The notes beneath the pieces were generated by a model, which saw only the letters and a list, made by a program, of their open reading frames with translations, had not been told where the DNA came from and did not search any database. Below are positions 1 to 9,815 of a stretch of 64,000 nt of DNA, piece after piece. The stretch's first letter is position 1, and the number at the start of each line of letters is the position of its first letter. Source of the DNA: an uncultured Deinococcaceae bacterium (lineage in GTDB: Bacteria > Deinococcota > Deinococci > Deinococcales > Deinococcaceae); the NCBI GenBank assembly GCA_964252075.1, contig CAXULY010000003.1, positions 145,469 through 209,468 of the forward strand, read 5' to 3'. The translations under genes and the position numbers were made by a program.

Positions 1-1067
1 TGCCCGAAGGCGCGTCCCGGCGCGAGCGCCACGCCCGTCTCGCGCGCGAGGGCCTCCGCGAAGGCCACGCTGTCCGTGAGGCCCGGCGGGCGCGCCCAGG
101 CGTACATGCTGGCCTGCGGCAGCTGCGCCTCCCAGCCGATCTCGTGCAGGGCAGGCAGCAGCGCGTCGCGCCGCGCCTCGAACACGCGGGCGCCCGCGCG
201 CGCCGACTCGGGCGGAAGGTCCAGCGCGAGGGCCGCCATGCGCTGAATCCCGAGGTACGGGTGGAAGTCGATGGCGCCCTTCACGCGCCGCAGCGCCGCG
301 AGCGCCTCGGCGTTCCCCACCGCGTACCCCACCCGGAAGCCGCCCATGTGGTGGCTCTTGGAGAGCGAGTGCAGCTCCACCGCGCACTCCAGCGCGCCGT
401 CCGCGCACAGCACGCTGGGCGCCACGTACTCGCCGTAGGTGAGTTCCGCGTAGGGGTGGTCGTGAATCAGGAGCGCGCCGCGCGCCCGGCACCAGTCCAC
501 CGCGCGCTGGAAGAACTCCGGCGTGGCGACCGCCGAGGTGGGGTTGTTCGGGTAGTTCAGGATCAGGGCGCGCACGGGCACGTCCGCCGGCACGAGGTCC
601 AGGTCCGGCAGCCACGCGCGCTCCGCGGTGAGGGGCAGCAGGTGCGTCCGCAGGCCCGCGACGGCCACCGCGCCCAGGTACGGCGGGTAGCAGGGGTCTG
701 GGAGCGCCACCACATCGCCGGGGTCCGTGACGGCCATGAGGAGGTGCGCGAGGCCCTCCTGCGCCCCGATCAGCGGCAGCACCTGCGTGTCCGGGTCGAG
801 GGTCGGGCCGTAGCGCCGCGCGAGGGAGCGCGCCGCCGCCTCCCGCAGCGACCGCGTGTCGCTGAAGAGCGGATAGCGATACGTGCCGGGGTCGCGCGTG
901 GCGTCCCGCAGGGCCTCCAGCGCGGCGTCCGGGGGCGCGAGGTCGCTGGAGCCGATGGACAGGTCGATGAGGTCCAGGCCCCGCGTGCGGGCGAGGCCCA
1001 GCGCGCGGTCCATGCGCGCGAACACGCTCTCGGGCACCTGGGCGGCGCGGCGCGACGTGAAAGGCAT
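1..1067 (-). CDS. PLP-dependent aminotransferase class I/II (LL-DAP aminotransferase-like); 3' end outside window
   Basis: Manual translation [20 protein letters not shown]...IDLSIGSSD...LNYPNNPT...HDHPY...[15 protein letters not shown] (PLP-lysine motif); TAAACT -10 box 5 nt upstream. Confidence 0.9.
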   Translation of the reverse strand, partial: MPFTSRRAAQVPESVFARMDRALGLARTRGLDLIDLSIGSSDLAPPDAALEALRDATRDPGTYRYPLFSDTRSLREAAARSLARRYGPTLDPDTQVLPLIGAQEGLAHLLMAVTDPGDVVALPDPCYPPYLGAVAVAGLRTHLLPLTAERAWLPDLDLVPADVPVRALILNYPNNPTSAVATPEFFQRAVDWCRARGALLIHDHPYAELTYGEYVAPSVLCADGALECAVELHSLSKSHHMGGFRVGYAVGNAEALAALRRVKGAIDFHPYLGIQRMAALALDLPPESARAGARVFEARRDALLPALHEIGWEAQLPQASMYAWARPPGLTDSVAFAEALARETGVALAPGRAFG

Positions 1068-1090
1068 ACGGGGAGTTTAGGGCACCGCAC

Positions 1091-1120
1091 GTTTCAGCGC
1101 CGCCCCTCGCGCGCTGAAAC
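1091..1120. promoter_or_regulatory. Perfect inverted repeat GTTTCAGCGC-N10-GCGCTGAAAC between divergent genes; candidate operator
   Basis: Seen directly; lies over the -35 regions of both divergent promoters. Confidence 0.55.
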
Positions 1121-1141
1121 GCAAAGCCCCAAGCTGCGGGC

Positions 1142-1822
1142 ATGGAGCAAACAGCCAGCATCACCATCACGCGCGAGGACCAGGCGCGCGCCCTCAGTCA
1201 GAACGTCGGGTTCCTGGCGCAATTCGTGCAGCCGCGCTCGCCCAGCGAGGTCGCGCCGAGACTCGGCATGGCCGCGAACCTCGTGCACCACCACGCGCGC
1301 AAGCTGGAGGCGCTGGGTCTGCTGTTCGAGCAGCGGCGCGAGGGCGGTCGGGTGTACCACCAGCTGGCAGCCCTGGAGTTCCGCCACGCGCACGACCTGC
1401 TACCGCCCGAGGACCCGGACGAGAACGTCGTGCGCCACCTGCGCTCGCTCTCCGAGCAGTTCGTGGCGGCGCACGCCCGGTCCTGGCGGGTGGCGGAGCG
1501 CGAGGGCGACCAGGGACAGATGGTGTTCGGCTTCGGCGCGGAGGTGCCCGTGCGCCCCACCGCCCCGCCCATGGAGCCGCACCCCACGCACTTTGACCGC
1601 GTCACGCTGCGCCTGACGCCGGAGCGGTACCAGCGGCTGGCGCGGGACCTCAGCCGCCTGATGGACGAAGCGATGCGGGAGGTGGAGGCGGCCGGGCGGG
1701 GTGCGATGGGTGCGCCCTGCACCCTGGCGGTGCTGGCGTACCAGGGTGAGCTGGCGCTGATCGGCGAGGGCACGGGACGCGCCATCAGCAGCTTCCTGGC
1801 GGGGGCCGCGGCGCCCGCCTAG
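1142..1822 (+). CDS. Winged helix-turn-helix (ArsR-like) regulator
   Basis: N-terminal SPSEVAPRLGMAANLVHHHARKLEALGLL wHTH; C-terminal LRLTPERYQRL dimerisation-like segment. Confidence 0.75.
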   Translation: MEQTASITITREDQARALSQNVGFLAQFVQPRSPSEVAPRLGMAANLVHHHARKLEALGLLFEQRREGGRVYHQLAALEFRHAHDLLPPEDPDENVVRHLRSLSEQFVAAHARSWRVAEREGDQGQMVFGFGAEVPVRPTAPPMEPHPTHFDRVTLRLTPERYQRLARDLSRLMDEAMREVEAAGRGAMGAPCTLAVLAYQGELALIGEGTGRAISSFLAGAAAPA

Positions 1823-2154
1823 TTCAGCACGCGGATGATGGTGCGCGTGCCGGTCGCGCCGCCGCCTGTGAGGGTGCAGGTGAAGCGCAGCGGGTCGCCG
1901 TCCACCCGCGCCGTGCTGGTCCATACCCAGCGGTCGCCGCTCCAGCTGGGTCCTTCGTTGCCGCCACCTGTCACTGACCCGCCGAGGTTCTGCGCGAGGC
2001 CCTTCAGGCACGCGTCGCGCACGGCGCCGGGGGTCAGCTTCGCCAGCGGTGAGGGCGCGAGTCCGAGCAGATGCCCTTCGGCGACCTTCCAGATCAGTGT
2101 GCCCAGCACGGCGGCCACCACCAGCCAGATCACCGCCGCGCGCGAGAACTTCAC
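1819..2154 (-). CDS. Hypothetical membrane-anchored protein
   Basis: N-terminal TM helix, two Cys; TAGCCT -10 box 6 nt before GTG. Confidence 0.65.
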   Translation of the reverse strand: MKFSRAAVIWLVVAAVLGTLIWKVAEGHLLGLAPSPLAKLTPGAVRDACLKGLAQNLGGSVTGGGNEGPSWSGDRWVWTSTARVDGDPLRFTCTLTGGGATGTRTIIRVLN

Positions 2155-2183
2155 GCCGTCAGGCTAGCGCGGTGGGCAGCGCC

Positions 2184-2702
2184 TCACGTCAGCGCGCCCA
2201 GGTCCGGCCAGCCGTACGCGACCGCGCGCAGCTCACCTTCGGGGATGACCTCGGTCCGTTCCCGGAGTGCCTGTCCACCCAGGTGAGCGTAGAAGGCGCG
2301 CGTGGGGTTCGTGGCGAGCACCCACAGCATCAGGTTGCGGTGCCCGAGGGCGTGCAGGGCGCGGGCGAGCGCCTGGACCAGGGCGCGTCCGGCGCCCTCG
2401 CCCTGCGCGGCTCGCAGCAGGTACAGGGCGTACACTTCGCCACCATAGCCGGGGAAGTCGCGGGCGGGGCCGCCCGCGATGAAGCCCGTGACCTCGCCCG
2501 CCCGCTCTGTGACGAGCAGCACCTGCCCTTCGCGCGTGGCGGCGGCGCGCCAGCCGCGCTCGGATTGCGCGCGCCGCTCCTCGCCCGTCATGTGGTGCAG
2601 GAAGGCGGGCGGCACGAGGCCCGCGTAGGTCTCGCGCCAGCTTTGGGTGTGCACGCGCGCGATGGCGGGCGCGTCGCCGGGCGTGGCGGGCCGGATGGTC
2701 AC
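2184..2702 (-). CDS. GNAT N-acetyltransferase
   Basis: MTIRPATPGDA...EVYALYLL..AQGEGAGRAL...LWVLATNPTRAFY; GTG start overlaps upstream stop. Confidence 0.9.
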   Translation of the reverse strand: MTIRPATPGDAPAIARVHTQSWRETYAGLVPPAFLHHMTGEERRAQSERGWRAAATREGQVLLVTERAGEVTGFIAGGPARDFPGYGGEVYALYLLRAAQGEGAGRALVQALARALHALGHRNLMLWVLATNPTRAFYAHLGGQALRERTEVIPEGELRAVAYGWPDLGALT

Positions 2703-3340
2703 TCCTGCTCCTTCAGCCAGTCCTCGTAGCGGATGCGGGGGAGTTCGAAGGTGTCCTGCGCGCGGGCGTACCCGCCGCGCCCCCCCATGCGCGCGATGAG
2801 CTGCAGCGCGGGGGTGTTCACGAGGTGGCGGGCGGGGTCCAGCATGAGGTCCTCGCGGATGGTGAGGCCCAGCACCTCCCCGATGATCACGCGGTTGCGC
2901 CCGATGGTGAGGGTGGTGTGCTCCACGCACTCCAGGCTGACGGGGCTCTGCGCGATGCGCGGGGCGTTGCCGTGGCGGCTCTCCTGCAGGGTGAGGCCCG
3001 CCACTTCGGGTTCGCTGGTGCCGGGCGGGAAGTCGGTGGCGGTGAGGTTCATGGCGTCCGCCAGTTCGGCGCTCACGAGGTTCACCACGAAGTGCGCGCC
3101 GTGCCGGACGTTGCGCGCGGTGTCCTTGGGCGTGCCGTCCGGGCGGTCGCCGGGCGCGAAGGCCACGATGGGCGGCTCGCTGCCCATGATGCCGAAGTAA
3201 CTGAAGGGCGCGGCGTTCACGGTGCCGTCCGGCGCGCGGCTGGTGACCCAGGCGATGGGGCGCGGCACCACCACGCCCGTGAAGAGCTTGTACGCGTCGG
3301 CGGGCGTGAGGGCGCGCAGGTCGTAGTGCGTGAAGGCCAT
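2699..3340 (-). CDS. Flavin reductase family protein
   Basis: VVPRPIAWVTS...NAAPFSYF...KDTARN...IARMGG motifs; TACTGT 6 nt before ATG. Confidence 0.9.
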   Translation of the reverse strand: MAFTHYDLRALTPADAYKLFTGVVVPRPIAWVTSRAPDGTVNAAPFSYFGIMGSEPPIVAFAPGDRPDGTPKDTARNVRHGAHFVVNLVSAELADAMNLTATDFPPGTSEPEVAGLTLQESRHGNAPRIAQSPVSLECVEHTTLTIGRNRVIIGEVLGLTIREDLMLDPARHLVNTPALQLIARMGGRGGYARAQDTFELPRIRYEDWLKEQE

Positions 3341-3464
3341 GCGCCCACAGTACGGCGTGCGGCGCTGACGGCTGAGCATGGGAAGCACGTAAAGCCTTGC
3401 GTGAGGCGCGGCGCGCGGCGCCCCTCCTACAATGCCTGCATTCGTAGGGAAGCCAGGAGGCCTC

Positions 3465-4376
3465 ATGGACTGGGAGAACATGCGGGAGAGCAGCAACGTC
3501 GAGGACCGCCGCGGTCAGGGTGGGGGCGGCTTCGGGCTGCCGGGCGGCGGCGTGGCGGTGGGGGGTGGCGCGGCCATCATCATTGCGATCATCAGCTTGA
3601 TCTTCGGGATCAATCCCGCCTCCATCCTGGGCGGTGGGGGCAGCACGCAGGGACAAGGTCAGGGGCAATCGCTGCCGCAGACGCAGGGGGGCCGGACGGC
3701 GCAGGGGGGCAGTGCCGCCAGCGAGGACGAGGGGCGGCGCTTCGCGTCGAAGATCCTGGGGAGCACCGAGGACGCCTGGGGCAGCATCTTCCAGAAGGCC
3801 GGGCAGACGTACACGCCGCCCCATCTGGTGCTGTACACGGGCAGCACGAACACCGGCTGCGGGCAGGGGGACGCGGCGGTCGGGCCGTTCTACTGCCCGC
3901 GCGACAGCCGCGTGTACCTGGACCTGGATTTTTTCAGTGAGCTGCAGAGCCGCTTCGGGGCAGGCGGAGACTTCGCGGACGCGTACGTGATCGCGCACGA
4001 GGTGGGGCATCACGTGCAGAACCTGCTGGGCATCTCGGATAAGGTGGAGCAGGCGCAGGCGCGCGCCAGCGAGACGGGCGCGAACCAGCTGTCCGTGCGG
4101 CTGGAGCTGCAGGCGGACTGCTTCGCGGGCATCTGGGGCAATTACGCGCGCAGCATTCAGGCGGACAACATCACGCAGGCGGACATCCAGCAGGCCGTGA
4201 CGGCCGCGCAGGCCATCGGGGACGACGCGCTGCAGCGTGCGGGGCAGGGCTACGTGGTGCCGGACAGCTTCACGCACGGGTCGAGCGCGCAGCGGGTGAA
4301 GTGGTTCACGCGCGGCCTGCAGAGCGGCAACATCGACAACTGCGACACCTTCAAGCCCGCGTACGGCAGCCTGTAG
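3465..4376 (+). CDS. YpfJ-like neutral zinc metallopeptidase
   Basis: [11 protein letters not shown]-terminus, [29 protein letters not shown]. Confidence 0.92.
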   Translation: MDWENMRESSNVEDRRGQGGGGFGLPGGGVAVGGGAAIIIAIISLIFGINPASILGGGGSTQGQGQGQSLPQTQGGRTAQGGSAASEDEGRRFASKILGSTEDAWGSIFQKAGQTYTPPHLVLYTGSTNTGCGQGDAAVGPFYCPRDSRVYLDLDFFSELQSRFGAGGDFADAYVIAHEVGHHVQNLLGISDKVEQAQARASETGANQLSVRLELQADCFAGIWGNYARSIQADNITQADIQQAVTAAQAIGDDALQRAGQGYVVPDSFTHGSSAQRVKWFTRGLQSGNIDNCDTFKPAYGSL

Positions 4377-4445
4377 CGTGCGGGGCGGCGTGAGCGGTGG
4401 GCCGCCTCACGAACGCGGGGGCGCGGGGACGCCACACTGGACCTT

Positions 4446-5141
4446 GTGCCCGCACCCCTGACTTCCGCGCTCGTGGACGCGGTGCCCGTGACCATCCGCC
4501 GCTCCGCGCGGCGCCGCACCGTGATGCTGCGCGTCACGGAGGGCGGCGTGACCCTGCACGCGCCGCCGCACGTGCCGGAGGCGGAGTTGCTGCGGTTCGT
4601 GGAGCGCAAGCGCGCGTGGGTGGAGAAGCACCTGCGGGCCTTCGCGTCGCGCGTGCGCCCCGGTTACCAGTTCGAGGACGGCGAGGCGCTGCCGTTTTTC
4701 GGTGAGGCGCTCACCGTGCGCCTGTGCGGGGAGGCGCGCGCGGAGCGGGTGGGCCATGAGCTGCGCGTGCCGCCCGGCCCGCTGGAGGCGCGGCGGCGCG
4801 CGGTGGAGGCCCACTACCGCCGGGAGGCGCTCCGGTACTTTCAGCGGCAGGCGCGGGAGGACGCGCGGCGGCTGGGGTGCGCGGTGGCGGACGTGAAGCT
4901 CACGGAGGCGCGCACCCGCTGGGGCAGCTGCACCGCGGCGGGCGTGCTGCGCTTCAACTGGCGCATCGCGCTCGCGCCGCGCGCGGTGGCGGAGTACCTG
5001 AGCGCGCACGAGGTGGCGCACCTGCGCGAGATGAACCACGGCCCGCGCTTCTGGCAGACGGTGGCGGGCCTGTGCCCGGAGTACCCGCGCTGGCGCGAGG
5101 TGCTGCGCCGCGACGGGCATACCTATACCCTGGGCGAGTGA
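4446..5141 (+). CDS. YgjP/DUF45-like metal-dependent hydrolase (M48/SprT-like)
   Basis: RWGSC...FNWR...HEVAHLREMNHGPRFW. Confidence 0.9.
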   Translation: MPAPLTSALVDAVPVTIRRSARRRTVMLRVTEGGVTLHAPPHVPEAELLRFVERKRAWVEKHLRAFASRVRPGYQFEDGEALPFFGEALTVRLCGEARAERVGHELRVPPGPLEARRRAVEAHYRREALRYFQRQAREDARRLGCAVADVKLTEARTRWGSCTAAGVLRFNWRIALAPRAVAEYLSAHEVAHLREMNHGPRFWQTVAGLCPEYPRWREVLRRDGHTYTLGE

Positions 5142-5845
5142 TCTCCGGGCGGGCCGGACGTGCCAGGGTCGTGCGCGTCCCCGAAGCTGCCGGGTTCGCG
5201 CGCGTGCTGCTGCGCGCGGCGCAGGCGCGGCCAGGAGATCAGCGCGAGGCCGCTCACCCACGCGAGGCCCGCCGCCCAGCCGCCGATGACGTCGGTGGGG
5301 TAATGCACGCCCACGTACACGCGCGCGAGGCCCATCGTCAGGACGTACAGGCCGCCCACCAGCATGAGGGGCACGCGCCAGCGGGTGCGCCACACCAGCG
5401 CCACCAGCGTCGCGATGAGCGCCATGGCCATGGTGGCGTGCCCGCTCGGGAAGGAGTAGTCGTTCTCCGTCCAGAGTTTCACCAGCACGTCCGGCCGGGT
5501 GCGCTGGAAGAAGGACTTGAACACCACGTTCAGCAGCATGGCGCCGCCCACGCCCAGGATGAAGAAGCGCGCCATGGCGTGCGATTTGCGCCACAGCAGC
5601 ACCGCGATCAGCAGGCACACGGGCAGCATGGCGGTGAGGCTGCCGAACCAGCTGAAGGCCAGCGCGACGTCCCTGAAGAACGGGGGGGCGTCGGCGCGCA
5701 GGTCCCGCATGAGGGGGACTTCCCACGTGAAGGGCTCGCGTTCGTGCACGTCCTCGGCGATGTCGCCGAACACCCACAGGGGCAGCGCGATGCACAGCGC
5801 GAGCGCCAGCAGGCGCGGCCAGTAGGAACGCAGCCACGCGACCAT
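5123..5845 (-). CDS. PAP2 family phosphatase (undecaprenyl-PP phosphatase-like)
   Basis: KSFFQRTRP, SFPSGH and ARVYVGVHYPTDV motifs with multiple TM helices. Confidence 0.92.
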   Translation of the reverse strand: MVAWLRSYWPRLLALALCIALPLWVFGDIAEDVHEREPFTWEVPLMRDLRADAPPFFRDVALAFSWFGSLTAMLPVCLLIAVLLWRKSHAMARFFILGVGGAMLLNVVFKSFFQRTRPDVLVKLWTENDYSFPSGHATMAMALIATLVALVWRTRWRVPLMLVGGLYVLTMGLARVYVGVHYPTDVIGGWAAGLAWVSGLALISWPRLRRAQQHAREPGSFGDAHDPGTSGPPGDHSPRV

Positions 5846-5956
5846 GCCGGCAGTCTAGTGGGGCTCAAGCTGCGCCCAGCGGAGCCTAAAGGCACGCCCA
5901 ACCCGCTACGCCGCACAGCGGATGTGACGTTGATGTTCGGGGGCTATGGTGAACCC

Positions 5957-6253
5957 ATGAGCGCTCCTCAACTTCCCGATGCCGAACAGCGCCTCGTCAC
6001 CGAATTCCTCGAACTGCTGGGCCGCGCGGCGGGCGCCAGCGCCCTGAGCTGGGAGGCCTGCAGCCTGCCGCGCGGCAGCACGCACGCCCGGGTGCGGTTC
6101 AGCGCGCACTTCAAGCGCCCGGTGCCGCTCACGGCGCTGCGCGAGGCGTACCGCGAGTGGCCCGCGCGCGGTCAGGGCGTCATGCTGGAGGCCGACACCT
6201 TCGACGGGCAGGCGCAGGACATCGAAGCGGACATGATCTACCGCCTGAACTGA
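5957..6253 (+). CDS. Hypothetical protein
   Basis: 98-aa ORF with host-like codon usage; TATGGT -10 box 6 nt before ATG. Confidence 0.6.
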   Translation: MSAPQLPDAEQRLVTEFLELLGRAAGASALSWEACSLPRGSTHARVRFSAHFKRPVPLTALREAYREWPARGQGVMLEADTFDGQAQDIEADMIYRLN

Positions 6254-6321
6254 GGCGCGCGGGCGTGAGGGGGAGGGCCGCGCGGCCCTCCCCCATTGCC
6301 GTTCCCCGGTATAACGGGGGC

Positions 6322-6717
6322 GTGAGTGGCTCGGTGTGGGTGGGCGTCGCGGTGGGTGGGGCGCTGGGGGCGCTCGCCCGGTACGGCCTGTCGCTGTGGG
6401 TGCAGGCGCGCCTCGCGCCGGGCGCGTGGGCGGCCTTCCCGCTCGGCACGCTGATCATCAACGTGCTGGGGTCCTTCCTGCTGGCCGTCACGGTGACGCT
6501 CGCGGCGCGCGGCCTGCTGAGCGCGGAGGTGCGCCTGGCCTTCGGCACGGGCTTCGTGGGGGCCTTCACGACCTTCAGCACCTTCGAGTGGGAGACGCTG
6601 GGGCTGTTCAGTGGGGGCCGCGCCGCGTGGGGCGCGCTGTACCTGTTCGGGAACCTCGCGCTGGGGTACGCGGCGGTGCTGCTGGGCCGCGCGCTCGGCG
6701 AACGGCTGGGCGGGTGA
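6322..6717 (+). CDS. crcB: Fluoride efflux channel CrcB/FluC
   Basis: GGALGALARY, FPLGTLIINVLGSF, GFVGAFTTFSTF. Confidence 0.95.
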   Translation: MSGSVWVGVAVGGALGALARYGLSLWVQARLAPGAWAAFPLGTLIINVLGSFLLAVTVTLAARGLLSAEVRLAFGTGFVGAFTTFSTFEWETLGLFSGGRAAWGALYLFGNLALGYAAVLLGRALGERLGG

Positions 6718-6720
6718 CAG

Positions 6721-6756
6721 GCAGGGGGCGGCGGGCGTGACGCCCGCCGCCCCTGC
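6721..6756. terminator. GC-rich hairpin between convergent crcB and usp
   Basis: gcagggggcggcgggcgt / acgcccgccgcccctgc inverted repeat. Confidence 0.6.
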
Positions 6757-6767
6757 GGGGCCGCGCT

Positions 6768-7226
6768 TCAGCGCGCGACGATCACGTCCACCTTGCAGCT
6801 GTGGTTCACCGCGTCGCTGATGCTGGCGCCCAGCACCGCGCCGAGCGCGCCGCGCTGGCGGCGGCCCAGCACCACCACGTCCGCGCCCGTCTGGGTGGCG
6901 GTCCGCACGATGCCCTCGGCGGCGCCGACGCCCGTGAGGAGGTGACCGCGCGCCCGCAGGCCCAGGCCGGCCGCTTCGCTCAGCACGCGGTCCAGCACCG
7001 CCTGCCGGCCATCGCGCAGGCGGCTGACGGCCTCCGCCTCGGCGCCCTCGCCGCCCGGCACGCCCGACGCGAAGTTCGCGAACACGCCGCCGCCCATGGG
7101 GACCGTCACGACGACTTCCAGTTCGGCGTTCAGGGTGCGCGCGAGGGTCATGGCGCGTTCCTCCGCGACGCGGGAGTGCGGCGCGCCGCCCGTGGCGAGC
7201 AGGATGCGGCGGTACGGGAAGGCCAC
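6768..7226 (-). CDS. Universal stress protein (UspA family)
   Basis: YRRILLATGGAPHS...ADVVVLGRR...VLGASISDAVNHSCKVDVIV. Confidence 0.9.
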   Translation of the reverse strand: MAFPYRRILLATGGAPHSRVAEERAMTLARTLNAELEVVVTVPMGGGVFANFASGVPGGEGAEAEAVSRLRDGRQAVLDRVLSEAAGLGLRARGHLLTGVGAAEGIVRTATQTGADVVVLGRRQRGALGAVLGASISDAVNHSCKVDVIVAR

Positions 7227-7230
7227 CGCC

Positions 7231-7530
7231 TCACCGCTCCTCAAGGCGGCGCGTGCGGGCGGCGCGCTCCAGGTCGCCCAGTTGCGCGACGAGCGTGACG
7301 AGCAGCGCCATCAGGCTCACGCCGAGCAGCACGGCGCCCACCACCACGTCGTTTCTGGTGGTGGCGGTCCAGGTCTGTGCGGCGTCCTGGTGGCCCGTCA
7401 GGAAGGGCGAGAAGAGCGTCCAGGCGCCCACCAGGGCCAGCAGGATCAGCAGCCACACGCCGAGCTTCCCGCCGGGCTGCAAGCGCGCGGGGTCGTGCGG
7501 GTCATGGGGAATGAGCTGGGGGGCGCTCAC
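7231..7530 (-). CDS. Small two-TM membrane protein, SPW-repeat-like
   Basis: GAWTLFSPFLTG...W...T..DVVVG helical hairpin; paralogous to 7527-7967. Confidence 0.7.
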   Translation of the reverse strand: MSAPQLIPHDPHDPARLQPGGKLGVWLLILLALVGAWTLFSPFLTGHQDAAQTWTATTRNDVVVGAVLLGVSLMALLVTLVAQLGDLERAARTRRLEER

Positions 7531-7967
7531 GCGTGCCTCCCATCGTCGGGGCGGGTGGGGCGCCCGATCTCCGTCTCGCGCCGCTCGGGGGTGCGGTCGT
7601 GGTTGCGGCGCAGGTCCTCGCTGAGCGCGGTGACGAGCGGCAGCAGCACGTCCTCTAGGCGGGTGTCCGCGCTGGGCGCGGCGGTCACCACGACGGGCGC
7701 GGGGGCGGGTTCCGGTTCGGGGCGGGCGGGGGCGCGCAGCAGGCCGCGCGCGTAGAGGTCGGCGCGCAACCCGGCGGCGAAGGCCATCACGGTGAGGGCG
7801 CCGATGAGCAGCACGCCGACGCCCGTCCAGACGTCACTGCTGGTCTGGCCGTTCCAGTCGCCGCTGCCCTGCGCGCCGAGCGCGAAGGGCGCGGCGATCA
7901 GCCAGCCACCCAGGATCAGGGTGAGGGCGCCCGTGATGGCGCCAGCGAGGTATTTCGTCATGGTCAT
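7527..7967 (-). CDS. Small two-TM membrane protein, SPW-repeat-like, with Pro-rich linker and C-terminal helix
   Basis: GGWLIAAPFALG...W...T..DVWTG; SD GAAGGAG upstream; stop overlaps next start. Confidence 0.7.
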   Translation of the reverse strand: MTMTKYLAGAITGALTLILGGWLIAAPFALGAQGSGDWNGQTSSDVWTGVGVLLIGALTVMAFAAGLRADLYARGLLRAPARPEPEPAPAPVVVTAAPSADTRLEDVLLPLVTALSEDLRRNHDRTPERRETEIGRPTRPDDGRHA

Positions 7968-7984
7968 GGTCTCCTTCGTGGGTG

Positions 7985-9802
7985 TCAGTCGGTGGCGGCG
8001 GGGCTGACGGGGGGCCGCTCGCCTCCCGCGAGGTCGCGGGCGAGGGGCAGCAGCACGGTGCGCGCGGCTTCACGCGGGTCGTGGCTGGGCACCATGCGGC
8101 CCAGCGCTCGGGTGAGGGCCGGGTAGCGGTCGGGGTCCTGCGTGGCGAGGCGCGCGACCTGCACGAGCAGCACGCCGGCGAGCGCACGGGTGCGGGCGCT
8201 GGGGGCGGCGGGCGTGGGCGTGAGCGTCTCGGTGGGGCGGCGCTTGAGGTTCAAGTTCGGCAGGAACAGGGACGCGATGAAGGCGACCGCCGCGAGCACC
8301 CCCGCCAGCAGGAACACGTGCGCGACGGCCGAGGCGGTGGTGACGCGCAGCGCCGCCAGGATGCGCTCGAAGCCCGCCTCGCCAATCACGGCGCTCACGG
8401 CGCGTTGCACGGTGCTGTGCACCTCGGGGCTGGTCAGCACGCTGGTGTTGCTGGCCGCGGCGAGCAGCTCTCCGGGCAGGCGCGCCGCTTCGGGCGGGAG
8501 GTGCTGCGCGACGCTGCGCAGGTCGGCGCTCTCGACCGCGCCGAACACGGCGGCGCCGATGGTCATGCCCATGTTGCGGAAGAACTGGTTGGCGCTGGTC
8601 GTCATGCCGAGCTGCTCGCGCGGGGTGCTGCTCTGCACGGCGAGCGTGAAGAGGCTGTTGGTGGGGCCCAGGCCCATGCCGAGCAGCACCATCAGCACGG
8701 TCGCCTGCCACACGGGGGTGTTCACGTTCAGCAGGCCGCCCAGGCCGAGCGCGACGGCCATCACGAAGAGGCCCGCCAGGATGAAGCTCTTGTAGTGCCC
8801 GGTGCGGGACACCGCGAGGCCCGCGAGGGTGCTGGTGGCGACGAGGCCCAGCATCAGGGGGGTGAGGACCACGCCGGAGTTCGACGCGGACTGCCCCTTC
8901 ACGCCCTGCATGAACTGCGGGAGGTACAGGATGGCGCTGTACATGCCGGCCATGCTCAGGAAGCCCGCGAAGTTCGCGAGGGTGAAGGTCTGGTTCTTGA
9001 AGAGCCGCAGTTCCAGGATGGGGCTGGGCACGCGCAGCTGCCACCACACGAACAGCGCCCCGAACACGACCGCCCCGGCGAAGAGCGACACGACCGGCCA
9101 GGCGCCCCAGGCGTAGGTGGTGCCGCCCCAGGTGAGGGCCAGCATCAGGGGCACGATGCACAGCACCAGCAGGAGGGCGCCGGGCAGGTCCACGCGGGAT
9201 TTGGTGCGGCGGGTCTTGACGTGCAGGTACCGCACGATGAACAGGAAGCTGACGAGCGCGAAGGGCAGGTTCACGAAGAACACCGAGCGCCACGACAGGT
9301 GGTCGGTCAGGAAGCCGCCTGCGAGCGGCCCCACCACGCTGGAGAGGCCGAACACGGCGCCCATCAGGCCGCCGTACTTGCCGCGCTCGATGGGCGTGAA
9401 GATGTCCCCGACCGTCGCGAAGGCCATGCTCATGAGGGCGCCGCCGCCGAGGCCCTGCAGGGCGCGGAAGGCGATGAGTTCCCCCATGCTCTGGCTGAGG
9501 CCGCTCAGCACGGAGCCCACCGAGAACAGCACGATGCCGAGCAGCAGGATGGGTTTGCGCCCGTAAATGTCGCTGAGCTTGCCGTAGATGGGCGTGGCGA
9601 CCGTGAGGGCCAGGGTGTAGGCGGTGAAGGCCCAGGTGTACAGCTTCACGCCGCCGAGTTCCGCGATGATGCGCGGGAGGGCGGTGCTCACGACGGTGCT
9701 GCTGAGCGACGACAGGAACAGCACGAGCAGCACGCCCGCGAAGGCCAGCATCTTGTCGCGGTGTGCGAGGCCGCCGGGGGCGGGGTGGGTGGGGGCGCTC
9801 AT
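7985..9802 (-). CDS. DHA2/MDR family MFS efflux transporter with extra C-terminal domain
   Basis: GKLSDIYGRK motif A, RALQGLGGG, GPLAGGFLTD, WRSVFFVNLP; about 14 TM helices. Confidence 0.93.
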   Translation of the reverse strand: MSAPTHPAPGGLAHRDKMLAFAGVLLVLFLSSLSSTVVSTALPRIIAELGGVKLYTWAFTAYTLALTVATPIYGKLSDIYGRKPILLLGIVLFSVGSVLSGLSQSMGELIAFRALQGLGGGALMSMAFATVGDIFTPIERGKYGGLMGAVFGLSSVVGPLAGGFLTDHLSWRSVFFVNLPFALVSFLFIVRYLHVKTRRTKSRVDLPGALLLVLCIVPLMLALTWGGTTYAWGAWPVVSLFAGAVVFGALFVWWQLRVPSPILELRLFKNQTFTLANFAGFLSMAGMYSAILYLPQFMQGVKGQSASNSGVVLTPLMLGLVATSTLAGLAVSRTGHYKSFILAGLFVMAVALGLGGLLNVNTPVWQATVLMVLLGMGLGPTNSLFTLAVQSSTPREQLGMTTSANQFFRNMGMTIGAAVFGAVESADLRSVAQHLPPEAARLPGELLAAASNTSVLTSPEVHSTVQRAVSAVIGEAGFERILAALRVTTASAVAHVFLLAGVLAAVAFIASLFLPNLNLKRRPTETLTPTPAAPSARTRALAGVLLVQVARLATQDPDRYPALTRALGRMVPSHDPREAARTVLLPLARDLAGGERPPVSPAATD

Positions 9803-9815
9803 CGGGGGGCTCCGT

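Noticed and set aside
6254..6321. Fluoride riboswitch upstream of crcB
   Set aside because: Only a terminator-like hairpin and a -10 box directly before GTG; no room for a leader and no riboswitch consensus
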